Shown here piece by piece: positions 30,595-38,839 of a stretch of 40,006 nt of DNA (within the stretch, counting starts at the first letter, position 1; each line of letters starts with the position of its first letter). The stretch comes from Actinomycetota bacterium (lineage in GTDB: Bacteria > Actinomycetota > Actinomycetes > Nanopelagicales > Nanopelagicaceae). The notes below the pieces were generated by a model. The model worked only from the letters and a program-made list of their open reading frames with translations, was not told the DNA's origin and searched no databases. The stretch is taken from positions 1 through 40,006 of the forward strand of contig JBDLUF010000001.1 of the NCBI GenBank assembly GCA_039805445.1, written 5' to 3'. The position numbers were made by a program, and so were the translations under genes.

Positions 30595-31164
30595 CTACTT
30601 AATCGCAGAATTTTCCTTAACAAAAGTGATGTGATCCCGCCAATGGCCATCGATATGCAGATATCGGTGACGTTCTCCTTCAAAGATGTAACCAGCTTTT
30701 TCAGCAACTCTGCGGGAAGAAGCGTTTTCGGGACGCAGATTGATCTCGAGGCGATGGAGCTTTAACTCCTGAAAGGCGTACTGCGTAAGGATTTCAACGG
30801 CTTGAGTTGTGTATCCACGGTTAGCAAAGTTGCGATCGATCCAATATCCAATGTGGCCACCACGCATAGCGCCATACATAACCCCGCCCAAGGTAATTTG
30901 GCCGATCAGTTGAGTGTTGTGCCAGATTGCAAATGAAAGAGAGCGGCCATGTCGTGCCTCGTAGTTCAAGATCTTTACCATCTCGAAAAATGATGGGAGC
31001 TCCTTATAACTGTCATCGCTCGTTAGAGGAATTGTTGCCTCCCATGGAGAAAGCCAATCGCGATTTTCTGCTCGAACTCGATTCCATTGAGCTCTATCCC
31101 TGAATCTCAAAGGTCGAAGGGAAATATCCTGACCTTTAATTTCGATGGGCCACGAGTTTTTCAT
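30595..31164 (-). CDS. RimJ/RimL-family GNAT N-acetyltransferase
   Basis: NRDWLSPWE, GHIGYWID, LHRLEINLRPENASSRRVAEKAG, YLHIDGHWRDH. Confidence 0.92.
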   Translation of the reverse strand: MKNSWPIEIKGQDISLRPLRFRDRAQWNRVRAENRDWLSPWEATIPLTSDDSYKELPSFFEMVKILNYEARHGRSLSFAIWHNTQLIGQITLGGVMYGAMRGGHIGYWIDRNFANRGYTTQAVEILTQYAFQELKLHRLEINLRPENASSRRVAEKAGYIFEGERHRYLHIDGHWRDHITFVKENSAIK

Positions 31165-31168
31165 GAAC

Positions 31169-32083
31169 TTAGATGTAGCGACGCTCTAGAACTACTACCG
31201 TGACCTGATCGCCTGTTTTTAGCGAGGTATCACTTTCAGAAACTGCGATAAATGCATTGGCATCTGAAAGCGTGGATTGCTCATCTTGATTGTCCAAGGG
31301 AACAACCGATTTTCCATCTTCAGCTAAAACTGCGCGAATGTAGGAGCGAACACCAGGTGCTGACTCAATTGGCTTTTCTAGTGCAGCTTTAACAGATGGT
31401 CGATGAATCGTTGCAGCACCAAGCATCGTACGGATCATGGGACGAACAAAGAGTTCAAAAGATATGTACGAGGCGATTGGATCTCCTGGAAGTGTCACTA
31501 CCGGAGTTTTGTCAGGTCCGATGGTTCCAAAGTTATGGCGTCCACTTGCTTCGATCGCCATATCAACAGTTGTTATCTCACCTAAACCGGACAAGGTGCG
31601 GGTGATTAAATCAAAAGAGTCATCATGGCGTTCGCCGCTAATAATTATTAAATCAGCACGAACTAACTGATCTTCGATTACCTTCTGAAGTTGTTCTTCA
31701 TTATCCGGAATCGAGTGAACACGATAGGCAACTGCGCCAACCTCGCGTACCGCTGTTGTTAATAGCCAGGAATTAGTTTCATACTCATCACTAGCGTTCT
31801 TAAGAGGCTGACCTGGTTCCACTAAATCTGGTCCTGCAGATAAAACAACAACTCGTGGGTGAGGACGGGTTGGCAGGTGATCGCGGCCAATTGAAGCTGC
31901 TAACCCAATTTGAGTGGAACGGATCCGCACACCTTCGCGTAGAACTAAGCGATCTCCTGCATAAATATCTGCTGCAAGGGTCGCACCATGAGCATCCAGT
32001 AATGGCATCTCAAAGGATTCAAGTGGTTTGCAGATGGCAAGTAATGAGGTGAGAAACTCATCTACCCGAGTGTGTTCTGACAT
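31169..32083 (-). CDS. glp: Gephyrin/MoeA-like protein (Glp), internally shortened, with degenerate active-site motifs
   Basis: PLLDAHGATLAADI, IGLAASIG, PRVVVLSAG, ADLIIISG, LPGDP, FELFVRP, LSDANAFI match the MoeA scaffold; 304 aa versus roughly 400 for typical MoeA. Confidence 0.82.
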   Translation of the reverse strand: MSEHTRVDEFLTSLLAICKPLESFEMPLLDAHGATLAADIYAGDRLVLREGVRIRSTQIGLAASIGRDHLPTRPHPRVVVLSAGPDLVEPGQPLKNASDEYETNSWLLTTAVREVGAVAYRVHSIPDNEEQLQKVIEDQLVRADLIIISGERHDDSFDLITRTLSGLGEITTVDMAIEASGRHNFGTIGPDKTPVVTLPGDPIASYISFELFVRPMIRTMLGAATIHRPSVKAALEKPIESAPGVRSYIRAVLAEDGKSVVPLDNQDEQSTLSDANAFIAVSESDTSLKTGDQVTVVVLERRYI

Positions 32084-32138
32084 AATCGAACCCTACTTGT
32101 TGAACAGTTTGATCTTTGGGATTTCACGGGAGATTTAA

Positions 32139-32681
32139 ATGACAGATCAAAAAGCCAGTTTGCGGGATCGTGCCCGCCGCGAACGTTCTCAGAAGTTCAT
32201 GCCTTCTAATTTCAATGTCATATTAAAAGCTCCTGAAATTGAGTCCGCAACAACGATCGCTTCTTATCTGTCCTATGAACTTGAACCAAGTACAGTCGAG
32301 ATCAATGAGGCCTTTTTAAAGCAAGGCAAGATCCTGCTGCTTCCTCGAATCAAAGGTGATCAATTGGAATGGGTTCGATGGGATGGAGATCCAGCAAACC
32401 TTGTTATGAAGAAAAAGATTTCAGAGCCAGTTGGTCCAGCTGTCTCAGATGTATCTCAGATCCAAGCTGTGATTGTCCCGGCGTTAAAGATGGATCAAGC
32501 TGGATTTAGATTAGGTCAAGGCGGTGGGTATTACGACCGCGCACTTGTGCATTTATCTGCTTGGAAAATTGGATTGGTTTATGCAGGCGAATTAACTAGC
32601 GAGATGCTTCCACACGAAGCACATGATGTTCCGCTTGATGCTGCAGCTACTCCATCAATTGTTGTTCGATTTAATCGCTAG
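32139..32681 (+). CDS. 5-formyltetrahydrofolate cyclo-ligase
   Basis: KASLR, EPST, LLPR, VPAL..D..GFRLGQGGGYYDRAL, HDVPLD. Confidence 0.95.
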   Translation: MTDQKASLRDRARRERSQKFMPSNFNVILKAPEIESATTIASYLSYELEPSTVEINEAFLKQGKILLLPRIKGDQLEWVRWDGDPANLVMKKKISEPVGPAVSDVSQIQAVIVPALKMDQAGFRLGQGGGYYDRALVHLSAWKIGLVYAGELTSEMLPHEAHDVPLDAAATPSIVVRFNR

Positions 32682-32684
32682 TAA

Positions 32685-33830
32685 TTAGCTGTTAGGAAGA
32701 TTGCGCGCCATAACGATTCGTTGAATCTGATTGGTGCCTTCATAAATCTGAGTCAATTTTGTATCGCGCATCATTCGTTCAACTGGATAATCTGTGACAT
32801 ATCCATAGCCACCTAGAACCTGAATCGCATCCTGGGTTACTTTCATAGCCATATCGCTTGCAAAACACTTGCTTGCAGCAGAGAAGAAGCGAAGATCACG
32901 TTCGCCATTTTCACTCTTAATAGCCGCTGAATAAGTCAGTAAACGAGCAGCTTCAATATTCATCGCCATGTCGGCAAGCATGAATTGAACCGCTTGGAAA
33001 TCAAAGATTGGCTTTCCAAATTGATGACGCTCATGTGCGTACTTAGTGGCAACATCTAACGCGCCTTGTGCAAGACCTAAAGCCTGTGCAGCAATTGTGA
33101 TGCGAGTGTGGTCCAAAGTATTCATCGCTAAAGCAAAACCTTGACCAACTTCGCTGATTCGACGGTCATCACTTAATTGAACATTGTCGAAGTACACCTC
33201 GCGGGTTGGTGAACCGCGCATACCCATCTTCTTTTCTGGAGCGCCAAAGGAAACTCCTGGATCAGATTTTTCAACAACAAATGCGGTTATTCCCTTTGAG
33301 CCCAGTGATGGGTCACTTTGGGCAATTACTGAGTAAAACTCTGATTCGCCTGCATTTGTAATCCACTTTTTACTTCCATTAAGAACCCAACCATCGCCAG
33401 AACGTTCAACCTTTGTACGTAGCGCAGATGCATCTGAGCCCGCCTCAGATTCAGAGAGACAGTATGAAAAACCTTCGCCTTTAACTAACCGTGGAAGCCA
33501 ACGCTTCTTCTGCTCATTATTTCCACCTAAAATTAATGGTACTGAGCCGAGTTTGTTGACCGCAGGAATCAATGATGATGAACCGCACACACGAGCAACT
33601 TCTTCGATAATCAAAACAGCAGCAAGAGCATCGGCACCATCTCCGCCAAACTCAGTTGGAACATGGGCTGCATACAATCCATTTTTCACTAACGCATTTT
33701 TTGCCTCAACAGGAAAACGGTGTTCCTCATCTACTGCTTGTGCAAAAGGTGCAATCTCTTTTTCGGCAAGCGCGCGAACGCTAGTACGCAGCTCTTTGTA
33801 CTCTGCAGGAAGATCAAATAAGTTGTCCAT
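32685..33830 (-). CDS. Acyl-CoA dehydrogenase
   Basis: YCLSESEAGSD, LNGSKKWITN, KKMGMRGSPT, RHQFGKPI, QVLGGYGY, QIYEGTNQIQR. Confidence 0.96.
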   Translation of the reverse strand: MDNLFDLPAEYKELRTSVRALAEKEIAPFAQAVDEEHRFPVEAKNALVKNGLYAAHVPTEFGGDGADALAAVLIIEEVARVCGSSSLIPAVNKLGSVPLILGGNNEQKKRWLPRLVKGEGFSYCLSESEAGSDASALRTKVERSGDGWVLNGSKKWITNAGESEFYSVIAQSDPSLGSKGITAFVVEKSDPGVSFGAPEKKMGMRGSPTREVYFDNVQLSDDRRISEVGQGFALAMNTLDHTRITIAAQALGLAQGALDVATKYAHERHQFGKPIFDFQAVQFMLADMAMNIEAARLLTYSAAIKSENGERDLRFFSAASKCFASDMAMKVTQDAIQVLGGYGYVTDYPVERMMRDTKLTQIYEGTNQIQRIVMARNLPNS

Positions 33831-35677
33831 TAGGGTTCATTCCTATCGCGCTTTGATAGCTCTTGTAAATACTGATTGTAGTTAGCTAGATCATCTGGCT
33901 GACCCATAGCCGCTTGGCGAGCGGTATTGCGATCAATCCTCTTTGCCTCGCGAGAATCATCTCGCATCCAGTTGATAAATGTCGCAACCAATGCGATCAG
34001 GATAGGGATCTCTCCCATTGCCCAACCAATTGATCCACCAAGTTTTTGATCAGCAAGAGGATCACCCAACCATGGAGTTTGAAGTGAGGTGTAAAAACCT
34101 TGATCAATCAGAGTTGTTGTAGACATAAGTGCAACTGAGAAGAAGGCGTGAATGCTCATTGCTGCAAACAAAATAACTATTTGAACTAGGTGGTGAACTC
34201 TGCGTGGATTTGGATCTACACCAATAATGATGAAGAAAAATAGAAAGCCAGCGGCTAAGAAGTGAAGGCTCATAAATAGGTGGCCCGTGTGGCTTTGCAT
34301 TAACACTGCGAAGAGATCGGTGAAGTAAAGGGCAAAGAGCGAGCCATCAAAAATTGCTAAGGCCACGATTGGATTTGTGTAAAGCACGCCGATCTTTGAA
34401 TGAAGTGCAGCAAGTAAAGATCCACGGACTCCGCGTTCTCCGGGGTTTCTACCTTGAGGCAAGGTTCGTAATGCAAGTGTCATTGGTGCACCAAGGACTA
34501 AACCAATAGGTGCAACCATGCCAAGAACCATATGAGAAATCATGTGATACGAAAATGAGAATTGTGCATACAGACCGAGACCACCGCTAGTTGCAAAATC
34601 GATCGCTGTAACACCTAATGCAAATGCAACTGTTCGCCCTACTGGCCACTTGTCGCCGCGTTTTGTTAGAACTACGACACCTTTAACGTATAACGCAACC
34701 ATTAACGTCAAGATTCCAATCATTAGTGCATTGGGCTCGTAGCTAAACAAGATTCGTGACAGCGTTGGTGGTGGTGGAGTTTCGACGCCAACAATTGAAA
34801 GCGCTGGACTAAATTCACCAGAACCTGGTCGATCTGGTGATGCACTAGTCGACAACCAAGTGCCCATCAGAACAGTAACCACCATGATCAAGGCTTCGAC
34901 TGACAACAACTTTGCAAAGCCAACCCAATTTATTGAATCCTTTTTAGAAAGTGTTTTGCGGTGGAGATAACCAATAAAGACCAAAACAATGGTTGCAACA
35001 ATTTTGCCCAGGACAATAAACGCGTAAGCAGAGCTCCATGCATCTACAAAGTTCAAACGTGCCCACGCATTTACCGCACCACTTATAACTACCGCTATTG
35101 CTGACCACAAGGCGAGCTGACTAAATCGTGGCACCGCTACTGGTCGATCATTGGCGGAAAGGAAAGCTAAAGCGATTACTCCACCAACCCACAGCGAGAG
35201 CGCAATAACGTGAATTACGAGTGAACCAATTATAAGTGAGTGAGATCCGCTGGATGCAGAGTGGCTCTCAAATACCGGTGCGACTAATCCTGCGATTGAG
35301 AGAGCAAGCAAAATAATTAGCGATTCAACCCTCTTTGTTACAGAGGAGGAGATCAATACAACCGTTGCCATCAGCGCTTGAATCGCAAGGTACTTTCCAA
35401 GAGATATTTGAGTTAGAAATGAACGAATGACGGTTAGATCAAGGGCATCAGAAAAAGTTGTCCCTAGGATTTGTGCCAATGTAAATATGATGGTTCCAAA
35501 TGCACCGATGACCCAGATGAAAGCGCTAATTCTAAGAAATCCTCTGAGTTTTTCACCAGATGTCGTAAGAAAACCCTCTTTATTAACAAGCAGAAAAGCC
35601 ATCGCCAATAACGCACCAACGACTGAGAAACCACCCAATAAATTGAGAAACTTAAAAGTGGTTGTTAAGAGATTCAT
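33830..35677 (-). CDS. CopD-domain / cytochrome c oxidase assembly (Caa3_CtaG) fusion membrane protein
   Basis: CopD-like ESHSA...HVIALSLWVGG, RFSQLA, SGAVNA; CtaG-like WPVGR, FSYHMISHM, GVDPNP, HAFF, DQKLGGSIGWAMGE. Confidence 0.88.
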   Translation of the reverse strand: MNLLTTTFKFLNLLGGFSVVGALLAMAFLLVNKEGFLTTSGEKLRGFLRISAFIWVIGAFGTIIFTLAQILGTTFSDALDLTVIRSFLTQISLGKYLAIQALMATVVLISSSVTKRVESLIILLALSIAGLVAPVFESHSASSGSHSLIIGSLVIHVIALSLWVGGVIALAFLSANDRPVAVPRFSQLALWSAIAVVISGAVNAWARLNFVDAWSSAYAFIVLGKIVATIVLVFIGYLHRKTLSKKDSINWVGFAKLLSVEALIMVVTVLMGTWLSTSASPDRPGSGEFSPALSIVGVETPPPPTLSRILFSYEPNALMIGILTLMVALYVKGVVVLTKRGDKWPVGRTVAFALGVTAIDFATSGGLGLYAQFSFSYHMISHMVLGMVAPIGLVLGAPMTLALRTLPQGRNPGERGVRGSLLAALHSKIGVLYTNPIVALAIFDGSLFALYFTDLFAVLMQSHTGHLFMSLHFLAAGFLFFFIIIGVDPNPRRVHHLVQIVILFAAMSIHAFFSVALMSTTTLIDQGFYTSLQTPWLGDPLADQKLGGSIGWAMGEIPILIALVATFINWMRDDSREAKRIDRNTARQAAMGQPDDLANYNQYLQELSKRDRNEP

Positions 35678-36198
35678 CGGTTGTTAAATAATTTGCGTGC
35701 ATACAGTGACAATCCAATGGTTACGCCAACTGCTAGAACTAGAAGAAGAATGACAAAAACATTAGTTCCCCAACTACTGCTTGCTGGAGTTTGTGACTCC
35801 GTTGGCTGTGGAGTTGGATTCTCGGGAGCAATAGTGCTGGGTGCTTGGTACTTAAATCGATAGCTACCTTCCAGTGGTGCATCTGCTTCTGAAAATAAAA
35901 TATAAGAAACTGTATAGAAACCTGATTCAGTAAGTGGTCTTAAACCAACTGTTGCGCTGACATCGTTGACCATGATGGTTCCATCATCTACACGAACCCC
36001 GTTGGGATCTGTAACTGAAATTTCATTGGCATCTGCAAGCAGTGGAAGCTGTCCTGTAACTGTGACACTCGTAGGTGAAACTGACAATGTTGAGCCGCTA
36101 ATCGGTGATGTGCTGACAAGCGAGTTTGCCAAGGTCGCAGTTGTTCCTAATAAAGTTAATAGAAGTACTAAAGCGCTACGGGCTGCGAACTTCCTCAC
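35674..36198 (-). CDS. CopC-like exported protein with C-terminal TM anchor (no His); probable GTG start at 36198
   Basis: Signal peptide, then NSLVSTSPISGSTL..SPTSVTV, ISVTDPNG, GFYTVSY...S....LEGSYRF (CopC scaffold); Pro/Thr linker; TM helix; overlaps copD-ctaG by 4 nt; AAAGG SD before the GTG. Confidence 0.78.
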   Translation of the reverse strand: MRKFAARSALVLLLTLLGTTATLANSLVSTSPISGSTLSVSPTSVTVTGQLPLLADANEISVTDPNGVRVDDGTIMVNDVSATVGLRPLTESGFYTVSYILFSEADAPLEGSYRFKYQAPSTIAPENPTPQPTESQTPASSSWGTNVFVILLLVLAVGVTIGLSLYARKLFNNR

Positions 36199-36325
36199 AT
36201 CTGCCTTTCGAGAGGCGCCAGGAAAGCGCCTCAATTCGCGCCAATCTTCTCACCTCTTTAGACTAAGTACATAGCCAAAACTGGATTTTGTGCCAGCGGG
36301 ATTATTAGCCAGAAGAGGAGTCGTG

Positions 36326-36547
36326 ATGCCTACCTATCAATACGCATGTACCGCATGCGACCATCAATTTGAAGCGATTCAATCCTTCTCAGATGACTCT
36401 CTGACAATTTGTCCAGAATGCAAAGGTGAAATCCGTAAGGTGTACACCGCTGTTGGAGTTGTATTCAAAGGTTCAGGATTTTATAAAACAGATTCAGCTA
36501 AGAGCACGCCGGCGGCAGCGCCAGCGCCTGCACCTAAGGCTGATTAA
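36326..36547 (+). CDS. FmdB-family zinc-ribbon protein
   Basis: MPTYQYACTAC.HQFE..QSFSD..LT.CPECKG..RK...VGVVFKGSGFYKTDS; SD GAGGAG before ATG 36326. Confidence 0.93.
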   Translation: MPTYQYACTACDHQFEAIQSFSDDSLTICPECKGEIRKVYTAVGVVFKGSGFYKTDSAKSTPAAAPAPAPKAD

Positions 36548-36660
36548 CCCTCGTGATGTGGTGGACGATCTGACTGTAACTCTTCTTCGCGCTTAGCTTG
36601 TTCGGAGGCAGCATCCAGATCAATTTCATCAGATGTTACCTTCGGGAAGAGATCGCTCAT
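36544..36660 (-). CDS. 38-aa acidic microprotein ending in RPPHHEG (leaderless)
   Basis: TAGAAT -10 at 36668-36673, 7 nt before ATG 36660; product MSDLFPKVTSDEIDLDAASEQAKREEELQSDRPPHHEG; fills the gap exactly. Confidence 0.7.
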   Translation of the reverse strand: MSDLFPKVTSDEIDLDAASEQAKREEELQSDRPPHHEG

Positions 36661-36714
36661 GGAGTTAATTCTACTACCGCTAGAAAAATTTAAATACAAA
36701 GAAAAGAGATAAAG

Positions 36715-38820
36715 ATGTTTGAGAAGCTCGGTCATCTGATCGTTAAGCGTCGCAAGAGCGCGGTAATTCTCTTTATCGTCGGAATTCTGGTCGCTGGCGT
36801 AGTTGGTTCGACCGTTTTCACTCGTCTTGATTCAGGTGGGTACAGCGATCCAAACAGTGATTCATACAAGGTTTATAAGTACCTGACTGAGGATTTAAAA
36901 CTATCTGATCCTGCAGTTGTGATAATTGTTGATTCAGGCGCAACTGATGTAACAGATCCTGCTATCGCACAAAAAGGAATTGCATTAGAAAAGAAGATTG
37001 CTCAGGAAGAAGGAGTAACAAAGACAATTTCTTATTGGACTAGTGGCGGCGAAGCAACGATGAAATCCAGCGATGGAAAAGCTGCATATATCCTTGTCTA
37101 TGGCGATGGAGAAGCATTTACTCCCGAAAGCCAAGAGCTCGGTAAGCAAATGCAAAAGAACTACGATGGGCCATACGATGGCTTAACTTTGTACGCAGGC
37201 GGTGTCGGAGTTGTTGGTCATGCAATCACTGAAAAGATCTCGGAAGATTTAAAGATCGCTGAACTTATCTCTATCCCGTTGACCTTTATTTTGCTCGTTC
37301 TTGTCTTTGGTGCCCTTGCCGCTTCAGCTATGCCATTGATTGTGGGAGTTGCTGCAATTCTAGGTGCCTTCTTTGTTCTCTACCTCTTTACCTTGTTTAC
37401 TACCGTCAGTATTTATGCCCTTAACTTAACTACAGGTATGGGACTTGGCTTAGGTATCGATTACGCACTGTTAATTGTTAATAGATTCCGCGAAGAGCTA
37501 CATCGCGGCAAGAACGTTGAAGATTCCATTGTTGCAACGATGGCAAGTGCTGGAAAAACCGTCTTCTACTCAGGTATGACCGTTCTAGTGACCTTGTACT
37601 CATTAACCTTTTTCCCGCTGCCATTCTTAAAGTCATTTGGTTACGCCGGAGTTTCAGTTGTTGCACTTGCTGTCATCGGTGCGCTCTTTGGTTTGCCTCC
37701 AATTCTGGCGCTGCTTGGAGATCGCATTGATAAGGGGGTTGTTCGTAAATCTGCAATTACTCCAAAGGAAGATGGTCGTTGGGCACAGACTGCACGTTTA
37801 GTTATGAAGCGTCCTGTTTCTGCCGTTGTCTTATCTCTTGTAATTCTTGGAATCATGGCAGCGCCAATTACAAATATTAAGTTTTCACAAGGTGATTCAC
37901 GTATGTTGCCTGCAGATAACAAAGCTGCTGTAGCAACAGCGCTTCAGGACGAGAGATTTCCTGGGCAAACAGGAAATCCAATCGAAATCATTATTAAAGA
38001 TGGTTCAAACAAGATTGATGAAATTAACACCTATGCCGCAAAAATTGGGCAGTTGGATGGAATTGTTGGCGTAGTTCCACCTGTAACAATTGGCAAAGAT
38101 GTACGCGTTGTTGCATACCAAGAGATGTTGCCACGTACCCCTGAATCACAAGAATTAATTCACAATGTTCGAAGCGTTGATTCCCCTGTTGGAACCTTGG
38201 TGGGTGGAGTTGCCGCTGATTACACAGATTCTCAAGATGGCATCGCTCGAACATTGCCGTGGGCACTTGGTTGGATTGTGCTGAGCGTTCTGGTTTTGAT
38301 CTTTATCTTTACAGGTTCAATCATCTTGCCAATTAAGGCGGTTATTCTGAACTTCTTATCCCTTGGTGCAACTATGGGTGCATTAACGTGGGTTTTCATT
38401 GATGGAAACCTGCAATGGCTGGTTGGCTCATTTACCGTCACCGGAACCCTTGATACCTCAATTGTCATCCTGATTGCAGTTGTCGTATTTGGGCTTTCAA
38501 TGGATTATGAACTCTTCTTGCTTTCACGAATCCGGGAAGAACACCTTGCGGGTAAATCCAATGTTGAATCTGTAGCGGTTGGCCTACAACGTTCTGCACG
38601 CATCATCACAGCTGCTGCAGTCTTACTTGCTGTGGTCTTTGCTGCCTTCGTAACTAGCGGTGTCACATCCATTAAAACAATGGGCTTTGGTGTTGCACTC
38701 GCCGTACTTCTGGATGCAACTATTGTTCGAGGCCTTTTGGTCCCGGCGTTGATGCGATTATTTGGCGAAAATAACTGGTGGGCACCTCAGTGGATGAAGC
38801 GATTTACGCTGCACCACTAA
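36715..38820 (+). CDS. MMPL/RND-family transporter
   Basis: Two MMPL repeats; GLGLGIDYALLIVNRFREE and FGLSMDYELFLLSRIREE; LDATIVRGLLVPA. Confidence 0.95.
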   Translation: MFEKLGHLIVKRRKSAVILFIVGILVAGVVGSTVFTRLDSGGYSDPNSDSYKVYKYLTEDLKLSDPAVVIIVDSGATDVTDPAIAQKGIALEKKIAQEEGVTKTISYWTSGGEATMKSSDGKAAYILVYGDGEAFTPESQELGKQMQKNYDGPYDGLTLYAGGVGVVGHAITEKISEDLKIAELISIPLTFILLVLVFGALAASAMPLIVGVAAILGAFFVLYLFTLFTTVSIYALNLTTGMGLGLGIDYALLIVNRFREELHRGKNVEDSIVATMASAGKTVFYSGMTVLVTLYSLTFFPLPFLKSFGYAGVSVVALAVIGALFGLPPILALLGDRIDKGVVRKSAITPKEDGRWAQTARLVMKRPVSAVVLSLVILGIMAAPITNIKFSQGDSRMLPADNKAAVATALQDERFPGQTGNPIEIIIKDGSNKIDEINTYAAKIGQLDGIVGVVPPVTIGKDVRVVAYQEMLPRTPESQELIHNVRSVDSPVGTLVGGVAADYTDSQDGIARTLPWALGWIVLSVLVLIFIFTGSIILPIKAVILNFLSLGATMGALTWVFIDGNLQWLVGSFTVTGTLDTSIVILIAVVVFGLSMDYELFLLSRIREEHLAGKSNVESVAVGLQRSARIITAAAVLLAVVFAAFVTSGVTSIKTMGFGVALAVLLDATIVRGLLVPALMRLFGENNWWAPQWMKRFTLHH

Positions 38821-38839
38821 TTTCCCGTACCCTAAGACC

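Noticed and set aside
31169-32083. MoeA-like gene as a pseudogene or a working Moco biosynthesis gene
   Set aside because: The frame is intact with a promoter and an in-frame deletion, so it is not obviously a pseudogene; the catalytic motifs are missing and no moa/mog genes are nearby.
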